DNA from: a virus
Taxonomy: Duplodnaviria; Caudoviricetes
Virus record (IMG/VR): IMGVR_UViG_3300034375_000839
Location: 1 to 57,957 of that record
Length of the DNA: 57,957 bases
Strand: one strand, 5' to 3'
Shown: positions 29,510-38,964 of the stretch, in pieces
Layout of the letters: each line of letters begins with the position of its first letter
Numbering within the stretch: the first letter of the stretch is position 1
Notes under the pieces: generated by a model
Told to the model about the DNA's origin: nothing
Database searches by the model: none
Seen by the model: the letters and a program-made list of their open reading frames with translations, nothing else
Position numbers and translations under genes: made by a program

Positions 29510-29854
29510 TTAATGTCCTAACACTGCGTTGATTCGTTTTCTTGTATATTCTACTTCACCTGATTCTAAAACTTTAAATGCAAACTCTCTCATATAATTA
29601 TGGTCAATGTTTGCATAGTCACATACCATTTTAAAATCTTCTGAGGTAACACCTACAGATGCAAAGAACCATGCCTTTGCCCTGTCTCTTTCAAGTGAGG
29701 ATGTCTCAGGCTCACCCTTGTAAGAAGGTTTAGTCGCATCAAGTAATGCCTGAAGGATGACACACATATATAATGTTTGTTCAGGAGTTGTTCTTTCTCT
29801 AAAGACATCTTCCTCAACAACAAAGTTTAAATTTGTATTTACTTTGTTATCCAT
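29510..29854 (-). CDS. Hypothetical protein
   Basis: 114 aa; VILQALLDA...AKAWF...DFKMVCDYA motif. Confidence 0.6.
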   Translation of the reverse strand: MDNKVNTNLNFVVEEDVFRERTTPEQTLYMCVILQALLDATKPSYKGEPETSSLERDRAKAWFFASVGVTSEDFKMVCDYANIDHNYMREFAFKVLESGEVEYTRKRINAVLGH

Positions 29855-30213
29855 TCTTTTGGTATCCCATCACTGAATTTGCAATACTTGAATCCATTCT
29901 TCTCACACCAAGTAGCATAAGTCATCTTTCCATTTTTGTATAGCTTCCTATTGGGATTATCAAAGACAAATCGAATGTCGTAATGAGGACACTGCTTTCT
30001 TACAAACAGATGTTTCTTTCTGTCCTCTAGTACGAACCTTCCCTTTACCTCTAGGATAATCCCATTACTTAATACAAAATCAGGAATATACTTTTTGGAT
30101 TCTAGCCATTCATAATTTATGATTAGCTTTTCGTATTTAAATGATACCTTATTTTCTTTTAAGAAGCAATAGGTATTGTACTCTGAATTAGAACGAAACT
30201 TATGCTTTGGCAT
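29839..30213 (-). CDS. T7 endonuclease I-like Holliday junction resolvase
   Basis: FRSNSE, YIPDFVL.NGIILEVKGRF...DRKKHL, DIRFVF, TYATWCEK.GF motifs. Confidence 0.9.
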   Translation of the reverse strand: MPKHKFRSNSEYNTYCFLKENKVSFKYEKLIINYEWLESKKYIPDFVLSNGIILEVKGRFVLEDRKKHLFVRKQCPHYDIRFVFDNPNRKLYKNGKMTYATWCEKNGFKYCKFSDGIPKEWITK

Positions 30214-31063
30214 TAGTAATTTCTTCTACATCAGGAGTCTTGTTAACCTGTGTTAGATAACGTACTCCTGTGGAATACTTGAACTTTCTTAATCCTTTGC
30301 CTTGATTAGCATCAGACCAACAATGTTCCTTGTATCCACAGAAGACGCAACCTAGTGCAAGTTTTTTATTACCTGACTTGCCATCAGGTTCATCAGGAAA
30401 ACATTTCTGAGGTGGAGAGGAAGACTTAACAACATCCTTGAGATGTTTGACCCTGTCAGAAGCATTTATCATATGTATACTTTCCACAGGCATGTAAGTA
30501 AGTTCTCCTGTAGATTTGTCTATTGCAAGAAAGCCTGCTGAGTCATCACCTGCACTCTCTGCATAGGCACTTATCTGAGATATGTAACCAAATGGGTCAT
30601 TGGTAGTAAGAGAACCATCCTTAAACTTCTTGAAGCTATAAGATGAAGCACTCTTTATATCAACAAGAGTACCATCTATCCTACAATCCTTATGACCCTT
30701 GACACCTTCTATCTCTTCCATCTTCTGCATTTCAGATACGTCATGTCCTGAAGCTTCTGCAAGAAGTATAACAAGAGACTCTAGGATTTCTCCATACAAA
30801 AACTTTATTTTAGTTTTAGCATCTAGTTTATTTGGTTTTATATCTGACTTTATATCATACCATAATTGTCTGTCAGGTCTTCCTATTTGAGAGAGCCTTA
30901 ACGTAGTTACGTCATCTCTCTTCTCAAATAAGAACTTCTCAATAGAGTCCATTACATTTTTGTTAAAGGTTTCTATAAAAGTTTTATCAGTTTTTCTTTT
31001 ATCTAAACCTTCATCAATAGTCCTGTAAATATCTTGGACTAATGTGTCTACCTTTTTGCTCAT
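30200..31063 (-). CDS. PD-(D/E)XK-family exonuclease (Cas4-like fold)
   Basis: LRLSQIG, GHKDCRIDG.LVDIKSAS, GYISQ..AY and CVFCGYKEHCW motifs; likely start MSKKVD at 31063. Confidence 0.75.
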   Translation of the reverse strand: MSKKVDTLVQDIYRTIDEGLDKRKTDKTFIETFNKNVMDSIEKFLFEKRDDVTTLRLSQIGRPDRQLWYDIKSDIKPNKLDAKTKIKFLYGEILESLVILLAEASGHDVSEMQKMEEIEGVKGHKDCRIDGTLVDIKSASSYSFKKFKDGSLTTNDPFGYISQISAYAESAGDDSAGFLAIDKSTGELTYMPVESIHMINASDRVKHLKDVVKSSSPPQKCFPDEPDGKSGNKKLALGCVFCGYKEHCWSDANQGKGLRKFKYSTGVRYLTQVNKTPDVEEITNAKA

Positions 31064-31122
31064 AATATATTCCTTTATAAAATTTTCCCACCAACCACAA
31101 CCCACTTCAGCATTAAGCTTAT

Positions 31123-31581
31123 TTAGAAAGGAATCTCATCAGAGTCTAAGTTATCTCCTGACTTATATCCATCAGGTATGACATCAAAGTCCTCACCTTC
31201 TGAATATTCTACAAGATTAATAACTTGGACTGCCTGCAGGTCAGCACCTATACCACTCTTACCTGCATAACTCCATTCATACGTTTTATAAAGGACATTA
31301 ACATCAGAACCATTTCCAACTAATGTTCCCTTGATGTCTCTCTTTTGAGAGTCTTTTAAAGATGGTGGATTGTTTTGACTACCATTCTTAGAAGTTACTT
31401 TTCTCTTCAGGGTAACAAAGTCTCCTCTATCATCATCTTTATTCTTTACTGCTAGACCTGAGTCTATAGCTTTCTTTTTATTAGCTTCATCTAAAGCTAG
31501 GTCAATACTCCAAACAGGCTCGAATGTAGTGTTTGGATTTGAAATAGATGCCCAATAGGCTTTACCACTTAATACTGGCAT
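31123..31581 (-). CDS. ssb: Single-stranded DNA-binding protein (T7 gp2.5-like)
   Basis: GKAYWA, LVGNGSDVNV and LQAVQVINLVEY motifs; acidic tail ending DEIPF. Confidence 0.8.
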   Translation of the reverse strand: MPVLSGKAYWASISNPNTTFEPVWSIDLALDEANKKKAIDSGLAVKNKDDDRGDFVTLKRKVTSKNGSQNNPPSLKDSQKRDIKGTLVGNGSDVNVLYKTYEWSYAGKSGIGADLQAVQVINLVEYSEGEDFDVIPDGYKSGDNLDSDEIPF

Positions 31582-31637
31582 ATGTCTTACTCCTTAGTTT
31601 GTTAGTGCAATCTTAGTTGCTTGTTAAATTATAACGA

Positions 31638-31666
31638 ATTATACTACACCTCAAAAGGTATGTCAA
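31638..31666 (-). promoter_or_regulatory. Consensus sigma70 promoter upstream of ssb
   Basis: TTGACA-17 nt-TATAAT (perfect match). Confidence 0.85.
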
Positions 31667-31670
31667 CCCA

Positions 31671-33323
31671 TTAATGTGTTTCATACCAATTTTTTCCTAT
31701 TTTATATTCACTATCCAAAGGACATTGAACATTCAGTTCTTTCTCTACAAGCTTCATAGCCTTTTGAGTTAGGTCTCCAAACCTTTCAGCTTGGTCTCTA
31801 CGAACCTCAAATTGGTATTCGTCATGGATAGATGCAACAAGTTTATAATCATATCCCTGTTGCACCTTTAAAGTTATTTGTCGTAACCATTCCTTACAAA
31901 TGATTGCACCTGCACCCTGTAGTAGTAGGTTCATTGATGCATGAAATTGTCTGACCTTTAGTAGTCTACCATCAATACCTCTTATGAGTCCTGTCTTGGC
32001 TACTCTGTCTACCTTATCACGCAAGGTCTTAAGAGCAGGCATATTGGACATAAACTTATTGATAATATTCTTGCCTTCAGTCTTACCACCACCAACTATC
32101 TGACCTATCTTATCAGGTCCTGCTCCATAGATTAGAGCATAGATAAAAGTCTTTGCTTGGTCTCTTGTCTTCAGACCTGCAGCCTTCTGATTGGCAGTAT
32201 GTATGTCACCTTCAACAACTTCCTTTGTAAACTTGGAATCACCCATGTAGTGGGCAAGGCAACGAAGCTCTAGGCTAGATGCATCACAACCTAGTAACAC
32301 ATAATTACTATTGGTAGGTATCCAAACTGACCTACATTCCTTTCCATAGGGAGAATAGGAAGCAGGAACTTGAGCCATATTTGGAGAGTTGTGAGCCATT
32401 CTTCCACTAATTGCTTTTAGTGTCATCACTCTACCATGCACCTTACCATCTTCTTGGACTACTTGTATCCAAGACTTAATCTGAGAAACTCTCTTCTGTA
32501 ATAGAAGATACTGAGCAATCTGTTTTGCTTCAGGAATATCTTTAATTTTTTTCAATGTTCCTTCATCAACAATAGGATGCCCTGTTGGTGTCAGGTTCTC
32601 AGGTTTCCAACCTTTCTCTATCAACCTCTTTGATATTTGTTGTCTAGAGTTAGGGTTGAACTCTTCCACACTATCAATCAATCTGTTACCTGTCTTCTCA
32701 GAGTATCTTTCTGTAATGATAGGTGGGAATATTTCTTGTAATTCTTTTTCTATCTTGTCTGCTTCTTCTTCAAGTCTTGCACATAACTTATCTGCCTGTT
32801 CAATGTCTAGTTTAAAACCATTCTCTTCCTGTCTGTTAACTATGGCTCTGACTTGATGTTCAAGAAGCATTGACTTCTTTGAATATTTTTTTAGTGTAGG
32901 TAATAAATGTTTATATAATTTATATGTCAACTCAACATCTTGTATACAATACTTTAACATATCTTCATTGAAGTGAGAGAAGTCATTGTAATCTATCTTA
33001 CCAAATCCCAATCTCTGTCCCCATGCCTTGAGTGAGTGTCCACCTTCTAGCATAGGGTCAGATAATTGTGAAAGGATAAGTGTGTCTCTGACCTGTGCAA
33101 GTTTTATCCTGCTACCTGTCAGCTTGTTGAGTATGGGAGCATCAAATGATATCCCATTATGCATAATAAATATATCTACAGATTCACTCCACTTAGCAAA
33201 GTCTTTTAGTGTATCTCCATACCATGATAATACATCTCCTTTATCAATGTCTTTGGCAACAATACAATGAATGACCTTTGCCTTGATGTCATCAGTTTCA
33301 ATATCTACTACAAATTTTCTCAT
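31671..33323 (-). CDS. Family A DNA polymerase with 3'-5' exonuclease (T7-like)
   Basis: Exo I DIETD, HNGISFD, YCIQDV; motif A DASSLELR, motif B RDQAKTFIYALIYGAG, motif C IHDE. Confidence 0.95.
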   Translation of the reverse strand: MRKFVVDIETDDIKAKVIHCIVAKDIDKGDVLSWYGDTLKDFAKWSESVDIFIMHNGISFDAPILNKLTGSRIKLAQVRDTLILSQLSDPMLEGGHSLKAWGQRLGFGKIDYNDFSHFNEDMLKYCIQDVELTYKLYKHLLPTLKKYSKKSMLLEHQVRAIVNRQEENGFKLDIEQADKLCARLEEEADKIEKELQEIFPPIITERYSEKTGNRLIDSVEEFNPNSRQQISKRLIEKGWKPENLTPTGHPIVDEGTLKKIKDIPEAKQIAQYLLLQKRVSQIKSWIQVVQEDGKVHGRVMTLKAISGRMAHNSPNMAQVPASYSPYGKECRSVWIPTNSNYVLLGCDASSLELRCLAHYMGDSKFTKEVVEGDIHTANQKAAGLKTRDQAKTFIYALIYGAGPDKIGQIVGGGKTEGKNIINKFMSNMPALKTLRDKVDRVAKTGLIRGIDGRLLKVRQFHASMNLLLQGAGAIICKEWLRQITLKVQQGYDYKLVASIHDEYQFEVRRDQAERFGDLTQKAMKLVEKELNVQCPLDSEYKIGKNWYETH

Positions 33324-34966
33324 AAAAAGTCCTCTACATCTGATTGGTTGTCAGACTCAAGTGGATTGGAAATCTCTTTCAATCGACCTGTGTCCTTGTC
33401 ATATAACAGGTAAGCAGAGACACCTGTCTCACCTGCATATCTATTCTTTAGTACCCTGACAGTTGTTGTATTAGCCATGACAGGGTCTTCTGCTTGTTGG
33501 TCTCTCTCTAGTGCAATGACTGCATCTGATATCTGTGCAATAGAGTGTGAACCTCTTAGCATTGATAAGGATATTTCCTTACCCTGTTCCTGACCTTTAT
33601 CTCCTGTTGCTCTTCTCAAGTGAGATACTAGTAGCATGGCACATCTAGTTTCTTCTACAAGAGAACGTAGCTTAGTCATAAGTTGGTCAATGTTTCTTCT
33701 CTCATCCTCACCTTCAATACCTGATACAAGTATGGATAGGTGGTCAATGAGTATGTACTTACAGTCTAGTGCCTTGACCATGTATCTTACTCTGTTAAGT
33801 ATCTCATCAGTAGTAATAGAACCAAAGTGGTCAAAGCCATAGAACCTTCTAGTACCAATAGTCTTTCTTTCAAACTCTTTTAGTTGTTCTACTGTATAGT
33901 TCTTCTGTACTTCCTTGATATACAATCTGTCACTTGCTTCTACTGACATAATATGTAACATAGTTCTTGTTATGTTTTCTTCAAGAGAGAACACACCAAT
34001 GTTATGTTCAGTATTAGTTAGTAAGTGATGCATAAGTTCTCTCATAAGAGAAGACTTGCCTGCTCCTGTACCTGCAGTAAAAGTAACAAGTTCACCTGTA
34101 CGCATACCATACAACTTCTCATTGAGTCCATCATAAGGATAAAGACAAGTCTCTGTGTCATCTTCCTCATATATTCTTGATGTAATATCTGCAAGGTTAT
34201 GTATGCCTGCAGGAGTGTAGGGTTTAGCATTCCAAAAGTCTTGAGTGAACTCTTGCTTCTTACCTTTCATAAGATACTCATTAGCATCCTTGTATCTCAT
34301 GTCCATGATAAGACACTTGTTAGGTTCAAATATCTGAGCAACTTTTGTGGCTGCTTTTCTTCCATGCTCATCACTATCAAAGCATAACACAACCTTATCA
34401 AACTTATTTACATAGTCATAGTTAGCCTTGATATCTTTGAGTGCAGACTGACAACCATTCTTTATTGAAAGACATGCCCACTTAGAACCTTGTAACTCAT
34501 AGGCAGACATTGCATCAATCTCACCTTCACATATAGTAAGATACTTACCACCATGAGGAAACTTATTCTGTCCAAACAAGACTGCCTTGGGGATGTTACC
34601 TTCTGAAGAGAAACCTTTATTCTCTACAAGTCTTATCTTATTACCTATGTGACTATTATTAATGTCATAATAAGGATATATATGCTTGACCACATTGTGA
34701 TTTCTATCGTGTAAGACTTGGACATTAAAAAATTGTGTAGTCTCTCTCTTAATTGCTCTATCAGGTATACCATCTATAACTCCACTACTAAAATTTTGGT
34801 GATTACTATTTATGGATATAGGTTTTGTTACTTGTTCCATATCGTCTCCCTTTGAATAAGTTCTACATGAAAAGCAAAACTTAGTTCCACCTTCATATAA
34901 TACATTTGCATCAGATGAACCACACCTATCGCAACTACCTTTCTTAACTACTTTTGATTCACTCAT
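33320..34966 (-). CDS. T7 gp4-like primase-helicase
   Basis: Zn finger CDRC...CFSC; TOPRIM EGEIDAMS / FDSDEHG; Walker A AGTGAGKS; IDHL, LVSHLRR, LRGSHSIAQISD, KNRYAG. Confidence 0.95.
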   Translation of the reverse strand: MSESKVVKKGSCDRCGSSDANVLYEGGTKFCFSCRTYSKGDDMEQVTKPISINSNHQNFSSGVIDGIPDRAIKRETTQFFNVQVLHDRNHNVVKHIYPYYDINNSHIGNKIRLVENKGFSSEGNIPKAVLFGQNKFPHGGKYLTICEGEIDAMSAYELQGSKWACLSIKNGCQSALKDIKANYDYVNKFDKVVLCFDSDEHGRKAATKVAQIFEPNKCLIMDMRYKDANEYLMKGKKQEFTQDFWNAKPYTPAGIHNLADITSRIYEEDDTETCLYPYDGLNEKLYGMRTGELVTFTAGTGAGKSSLMRELMHHLLTNTEHNIGVFSLEENITRTMLHIMSVEASDRLYIKEVQKNYTVEQLKEFERKTIGTRRFYGFDHFGSITTDEILNRVRYMVKALDCKYILIDHLSILVSGIEGEDERRNIDQLMTKLRSLVEETRCAMLLVSHLRRATGDKGQEQGKEISLSMLRGSHSIAQISDAVIALERDQQAEDPVMANTTTVRVLKNRYAGETGVSAYLLYDKDTGRLKEISNPLESDNQSDVEDFL

Positions 34967-34967
34967 A

Positions 34968-35177
34968 TCATTCCTTACTTGTTGTTAGTATCTTTGCAAT
35001 AGCTTCCATTGCACTCTTCTTAATTGAGTAGTACTTATTATCTATCTTATTATTATAAGCAACTATACATTCATATAAGTCTTTGTCTTTATCATAAGAT
35101 ACTACACACTCAACTTGTTTACCATCTACAAAACCATAGTAGTTATCATAGCCATATTGATTAGTCATCTTCTCCAT
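34968..35177 (-). CDS. Hypothetical protein
   Basis: Short ORF in the tightly packed minus-strand operon. Confidence 0.5.
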   Translation of the reverse strand: MEKMTNQYGYDNYYGFVDGKQVECVVSYDKDKDLYECIVAYNNKIDNKYYSIKKSAMEAIAKILTTSKE

Positions 35178-35346
35178 ACTCCTGTTTTATTATTTCATTT
35201 ATAAAGTCAGTATCACTTTCAATCTTGTCTGCGACCTCTTCTCTAGCATACTTCTTTGCTTCATGGTGAGTGTATCCTTCTTGGATTAACTCCTCATAGA
35301 TTTCTTTGTAGAGTTTCTGCTTGTCATTATCCCAAAGATTTTTCAT
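35161..35346 (-). CDS. Hypothetical protein
   Basis: 61 aa with EGY..HEAKKYA..E motif; overlapping start/stop with its neighbours. Confidence 0.55.
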   Translation of the reverse strand: MKNLWDNDKQKLYKEIYEELIQEGYTHHEAKKYAREEVADKIESDTDFINEIIKQEYGEDD

Positions 35347-35638
35347 AGTTTTCTCTGTTCTTTATAAGTTTATTTAGATACCATTGAGCTTTCTTTAAAT
35401 CTTCAGTACCATTCTTGTATCTATATCTCCATAGATATTTCATAATGTTACCCTGTAGATAGTAAGCAAACCCTTCATCAGTCATTGCTTCAATAGCATC
35501 TATTGTTTCAATGCCTGCATTGTTGTAGTGAGGTGGACTGTTTACCATGTCCTCAAAGGAAGGTAATGTCATACCTTCTCCTATGTCATTAGTCTCTATA
35601 AGTTTTTTTACCATGTAATTGTCATACCTTTCTTCCAT
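35327..35638 (-). CDS. DUF3310 / T7 gp1.7-like (putative nucleotide kinase) protein
   Basis: VNSPPHY...IETIDAI...GNIMKYLWRY..KNG.EDLKKAQWYL motif. Confidence 0.8.
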   Translation of the reverse strand: MEERYDNYMVKKLIETNDIGEGMTLPSFEDMVNSPPHYNNAGIETIDAIEAMTDEGFAYYLQGNIMKYLWRYRYKNGTEDLKKAQWYLNKLIKNRENYEKSLG

Positions 35639-35646
35639 AAATACAC

Positions 35647-35850
35647 CTATGAATAATTAATTTTCTTTACTACATCAACGTAAGATTCTAACTTATCATT
35701 GAAGGTAGGCTTATCCATTAACTCCATCTTGTCAATGGCTTCCCATTCATCATTCGCACTTACTACAAAGGTGTTCTTAGTTATTTCAATTACATTAACT
35801 TCCCACCTATTGAGTAGTCTCTTTCTACCCTTTGAAACTTTACGAATCAT
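35647..35850 (-). CDS. Hypothetical protein
   Basis: Short ORF within the operon. Confidence 0.5.
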   Translation of the reverse strand: MIRKVSKGRKRLLNRWEVNVIEITKNTFVVSANDEWEAIDKMELMDKPTFNDKLESYVDVVKKINYS

Positions 35851-35861
35851 ACCACAGTTTC

Positions 35862-36284
35862 CTATACATTGTCAATCTCCCTAAAAGTTTTAATTACATC
35901 AGATGAAAATAATTTCTGCAAGTTTAGTAGATACATTCTACTTGCATTATGGTCACCACCTGACACACTCTTTTTATAATCTAAGTTATCAATAATTTTA
36001 CGTAAGCTATTGATATCAAAGACTAATGTACAGAACACTTCCTTGCCTATACATAGATTATGAAACCAATAATCTGCTTCAGTTGTTTGGATTCCACTTG
36101 GCTTTCCATATGACTGATACTCTATGGCAATGTTGCCTGTCTTTTGCCATATGTCTCTCTCAGATTTGACTTCAATCTTTTTATCTTGCAACATATCTGC
36201 CACAAGTTTTTCCCTTACCTTACCATACTTCAAGTCCATATCAAACTTTTTCCTGTTAGGTTTTGAGGGTTCTAAATTTTCCAT
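35862..36284 (-). CDS. Putative PD-(D/E)XK-like nuclease
   Basis: FDMDL.YG..RE...IEVKSE..W..TGNIAIEY...PSGI..T.ADYW motif. Confidence 0.55.
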   Translation of the reverse strand: MENLEPSKPNRKKFDMDLKYGKVREKLVADMLQDKKIEVKSERDIWQKTGNIAIEYQSYGKPSGIQTTEADYWFHNLCIGKEVFCTLVFDINSLRKIIDNLDYKKSVSGGDHNASRMYLLNLQKLFSSDVIKTFREIDNV

Positions 36285-36374
36285 TGAGTTCCTTTCTAGT
36301 ATAAACTTGTGAATGCAAGGATGTATACCATTGCAAATAAACTTAGTAATAAATATTTAATATCTTCATTGCCC

Positions 36375-36403
36375 ATTATACTACACCTTGAGTGCAATGT
36401 AAA
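36375..36403 (-). promoter_or_regulatory. sigma70 promoter for the replication operon
   Basis: TTTACA-17 nt-TATAAT; shares AGGTGTAGTATAAT with the ssb promoter. Confidence 0.7.
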
Positions 36404-36416
36404 TGCATAGTATAAT
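36388..36416 (+). promoter_or_regulatory. Overlapping divergent promoter-like site (antisense to early genes)
   Basis: TTGAGT-17 nt-TATAAT on the + strand. Confidence 0.4.
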
Positions 36417-36501
36417 TATTAATAGTTTACCATAATCAAGGTCATACTTTGTACCTTCGCCATAGTTTACATTAAAAAAATCTATAATTCTATGTAACAT
36501 T

Positions 36502-36732
36502 TTACCAATCCCTTCTATCTAAGTCAAAGGCACGTCTTAAATCCCACATGCTCTGCTCTAAGTTTCTTATGTCAGATAAATATAAGTCTTGACACTCAAA
36601 CAACATCTGTAGTGCTGAACTTACATGCCTTTCAGTTTCTTTAACTGCTTTCATTTGTTCATCAGTCATACCATCAATACCTTTTTTCCTATTAATTTCA
36701 ATTAATTCAGATTCACTTTTTTTATTAGTCAT
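36502..36732 (-). CDS. Hypothetical protein
   Basis: 76 aa, coupled to the methyltransferase stop. Confidence 0.55.
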   Translation of the reverse strand: MTNKKSESELIEINRKKGIDGMTDEQMKAVKETERHVSSALQMLFECQDLYLSDIRNLEQSMWDLRRAFDLDRRDW

Positions 36733-37754
36733 TATACATACTCCTTGTTGTTATTGTTATACATTTCATTCCATCCATCTAAGTGGATACCTTTTAATAT
36801 GTGTGCAATCACATCAACTGTCCAACCATTGCCAATCATCTTGTATCTTTGTGAGTTGGATACATGATTAGTGTAGTTGTCAGGTAGTGTTTGTAATCTC
36901 TCACACTCAAGTGGTGTAAGCTTTCGCCACATGTCCTTGCTAGTTGCAACCTTTGGTTCTCTATGTCCACCTTGCATGGTGGTAAGTGTAGGTGCTTTAC
37001 CTTCTTGTGCATACACTCTCTTGATTGAGTCATGCCCTTTGAGGTCAGCAGTACCTACTCTAATCAATCCATCTTTAGACATGGTAGGGTTCTCCTTGAG
37101 TACCATAGTACGTTGCTTACGTTCAATACTATTCCACCATACTGCACCATTATATCTTGCAGTAAGGCAATGAGACTTACCACCACTAGTCATCTCTTCA
37201 GTCTCATAACCATCTTCAAGTATGTTCTGCATAGTCAAGCCTTTGCATATCATAGGTGGTATAGTTATCTGCTCATAGCTATCTCCTACACGTTTACCAA
37301 ACCAATACAATCTGTATCTGTTTTGTGCTGATACATACTTAGAGTTCAATGGTTGAGGTTGGAATCCCATGTAATCAGATATTACATCTTGAGATTTCTT
37401 AGCCATTCGTACATTCTCTAGCAGTACATACTTAGGTTTAACTATCTCAAGCATCTCCACGAAATTAAAGAACAATTTACTACGTGGGTCATCAAAGTTA
37501 AGCTGATGTCCTGCGAATGAGAACCCTTGACAAGGTGAACCACCCATCATCAAATCAATATCCCAATATGCTATCTCGTGTGGGTCTAAGTCTGTAACAT
37601 CTCCTAGCTGAACAGTATTAGGAAAGTTAGCTTGAGTTACCTTGATTGGATACTTATCAATCTCACTTGCAAAGTAGTTATCTACCTTGAAGCCTGCTCT
37701 TTGTAGTGCAATTTGACCACCACTACAACCATCAAATAAACTTAGTACATTCAT
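36732..37754 (-). CDS. C5-cytosine DNA methyltransferase
   Basis: Motif I LSLFDGCSGG, IV GGSPCQGFS, VI LLENV, VIII QNRYRLYW, IX-X ECERLQTLP / RYKMIGNGW. Confidence 0.92.
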   Translation of the reverse strand: MNVLSLFDGCSGGQIALQRAGFKVDNYFASEIDKYPIKVTQANFPNTVQLGDVTDLDPHEIAYWDIDLMMGGSPCQGFSFAGHQLNFDDPRSKLFFNFVEMLEIVKPKYVLLENVRMAKKSQDVISDYMGFQPQPLNSKYVSAQNRYRLYWFGKRVGDSYEQITIPPMICKGLTMQNILEDGYETEEMTSGGKSHCLTARYNGAVWWNSIERKQRTMVLKENPTMSKDGLIRVGTADLKGHDSIKRVYAQEGKAPTLTTMQGGHREPKVATSKDMWRKLTPLECERLQTLPDNYTNHVSNSQRYKMIGNGWTVDVIAHILKGIHLDGWNEMYNNNNKEYV

Positions 37755-37756
37755 TG

Positions 37757-37963
37757 TTAAACTCCTATAATGTGATACTCACCATGCTCATCTATAAGTG
37801 TAAGTATGGCTTCATGTTTTGGTGTGCTTGTTTGAATCTCTAGCCTATGAACTACATAAGGTAGTTGCTCCATACGAAACTTAAACTCTTTCATGTTAAG
37901 AGCATTACCTTCCACTAGATTTTCTAACATAAGTCTTACTTTTATTTTATCTTTTTGATTCAT
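37757..37963 (-). CDS. Hypothetical early protein
   Basis: Short ORF in the early cluster. Confidence 0.5.
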   Translation of the reverse strand: MNQKDKIKVRLMLENLVEGNALNMKEFKFRMEQLPYVVHRLEIQTSTPKHEAILTLIDEHGEYHIIGV

Positions 37964-38166
37964 ATCTTTTCCCTTCCTTGTTTGAAGAAATCATTCTGAA
38001 CCATGAAGTCTGCATATACAGTTATACCAAACTCATAGCCTTGTTTGTAGTAAGGATTTCTACTGTTATCATCTCTACTACCATGAAGTATTGCATCTGC
38101 AACACCATCTTTAAAATATCTTAAGTCTTTCTTAGTTAGTATTTCTACTTTAACTAGTTCTGACAT
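37960..38166 (-). CDS. Hypothetical early protein
   Basis: FKDGVADA...YYKQGYEFG motif; RBS GAGGAG. Confidence 0.55.
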   Translation of the reverse strand: MSELVKVEILTKKDLRYFKDGVADAILHGSRDDNSRNPYYKQGYEFGITVYADFMVQNDFFKQGREKI

Positions 38167-38168
38167 AG

Positions 38169-38345
38169 TTAATTCTCCTCTTTAATCAAGATATAAGAAG
38201 CACCTAGTACACCTAAGAAACTAAAGGTATAGATTATGGTAGGAATTAAACCACCCTCATCTACAACGTCTCCTACAGAGATTGTTACACCTATTGTAGA
38301 AACTATAAGTAATACTATTCTTGCAAAGTTATAATTTAAATTCAT
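38169..38345 (-). CDS. Small two-TM membrane protein (not in ORF track)
   Basis: MNLNYNFARIVLLIVSTIGVTISVGDVVDEGGLIPTIIYTFSFLGVLGASYILIKEEN, 58 aa; fills the gap exactly; RBS AAGGA. Confidence 0.55.
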   Translation of the reverse strand: MNLNYNFARIVLLIVSTIGVTISVGDVVDEGGLIPTIIYTFSFLGVLGASYILIKEEN

Positions 38346-38347
38346 AT

Positions 38348-38566
38348 CTATTGTCCTTTCTTGTTTGGTCTTGTTTTATCAAAGTATCTCATAAAGTAAT
38401 CTCTTGCAAGATGTTCATGTTTTTCTCCAAAAGATTCCTTCACTTGCTCAATGATTGTTGACATTGCCCAACCTCTAATCTTTGGGTTGGCTTTACCTTC
38501 TTTCATTTTAGTTTCAATAAAATTTATCACTTCCATTTTCTCATCTAAGTGTGGTGTTAAAGTCAT
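38348..38566 (-). CDS. Hypothetical early protein
   Basis: Short ORF with RBS AAGGA. Confidence 0.5.
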   Translation of the reverse strand: MTLTPHLDEKMEVINFIETKMKEGKANPKIRGWAMSTIIEQVKESFGEKHEHLARDYFMRYFDKTRPNKKGQ

Positions 38567-38820
38567 TGTTTATTTCCTTTCATTTTGTTTTTAGATTTCT
38601 CATTAGATAGTTGCAGTAATAGTTTATCTATCTCTGCATCTTGTTCGCTATTGATGTCTTCAAGTACTCTTATTCTTTCAAAGAGTCTTGACTGTTCATC
38701 AAGTAGGAATTTTTCTAGCTCAAGGTATGTAGATTTCTCTACCATGTTCAAGGCTTTCTCCTTCCAAAAGTCTGCCTTGTTTTTTTCTCTTTCATACCAA
38801 ACTTTCATTGGGTTTGTCAT
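38563..38820 (-). CDS. Hypothetical coiled-coil early protein
   Basis: RBS GAGGAG; helical composition. Confidence 0.5.
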   Translation of the reverse strand: MTNPMKVWYEREKNKADFWKEKALNMVEKSTYLELEKFLLDEQSRLFERIRVLEDINSEQDAEIDKLLLQLSNEKSKNKMKGNKQ

Positions 38821-38963
38821 TATCTTATCTCCTCTATACGTTCAATGACTACATCATCATAGCCTTTGTCTTTCCACTCATCTGCATCTTTCTTTGCATC
38901 ATTGTAGTTGGTATAGTAATCATCTACACCACCTACCCAAACTATATATTTGTATTCTTGCAT
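38820..38963 (-). CDS. Small early protein (not in ORF track)
   Basis: MQEYKYIVWVGGVDDYYTNYNDAKKDADEWKDKGYDDVVIERIEEIR, 47 aa; RBS GAGGAG. Confidence 0.6.
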   Translation of the reverse strand: MQEYKYIVWVGGVDDYYTNYNDAKKDADEWKDKGYDDVVIERIEEIR

Positions 38964-38964
38964 A

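Noticed and set aside
30200-31105. Cas4 as part of a CRISPR system
   Set aside because: It sits between ssb and endonuclease I, the usual slot for a phage replication/recombination exonuclease; no cas1/cas2 or array is nearby.
31671-33323. Intein, intron or DnaJ-type insertion in the polymerase (or in nrdJ/terL)
   Set aside because: Lengths are compact and motifs are contiguous; no CxxCxGxG repeats or intein termini were seen.
36732-37754. Methyltransferase + TET + glycosyltransferase DNA hypermodification pathway
   Set aside because: No 2OG-Fe(II) dioxygenase or dNMP hydroxymethylase was recognised, and the methyltransferase is about 10 kb from the glycosyltransferases; kept only as a minor alternative.
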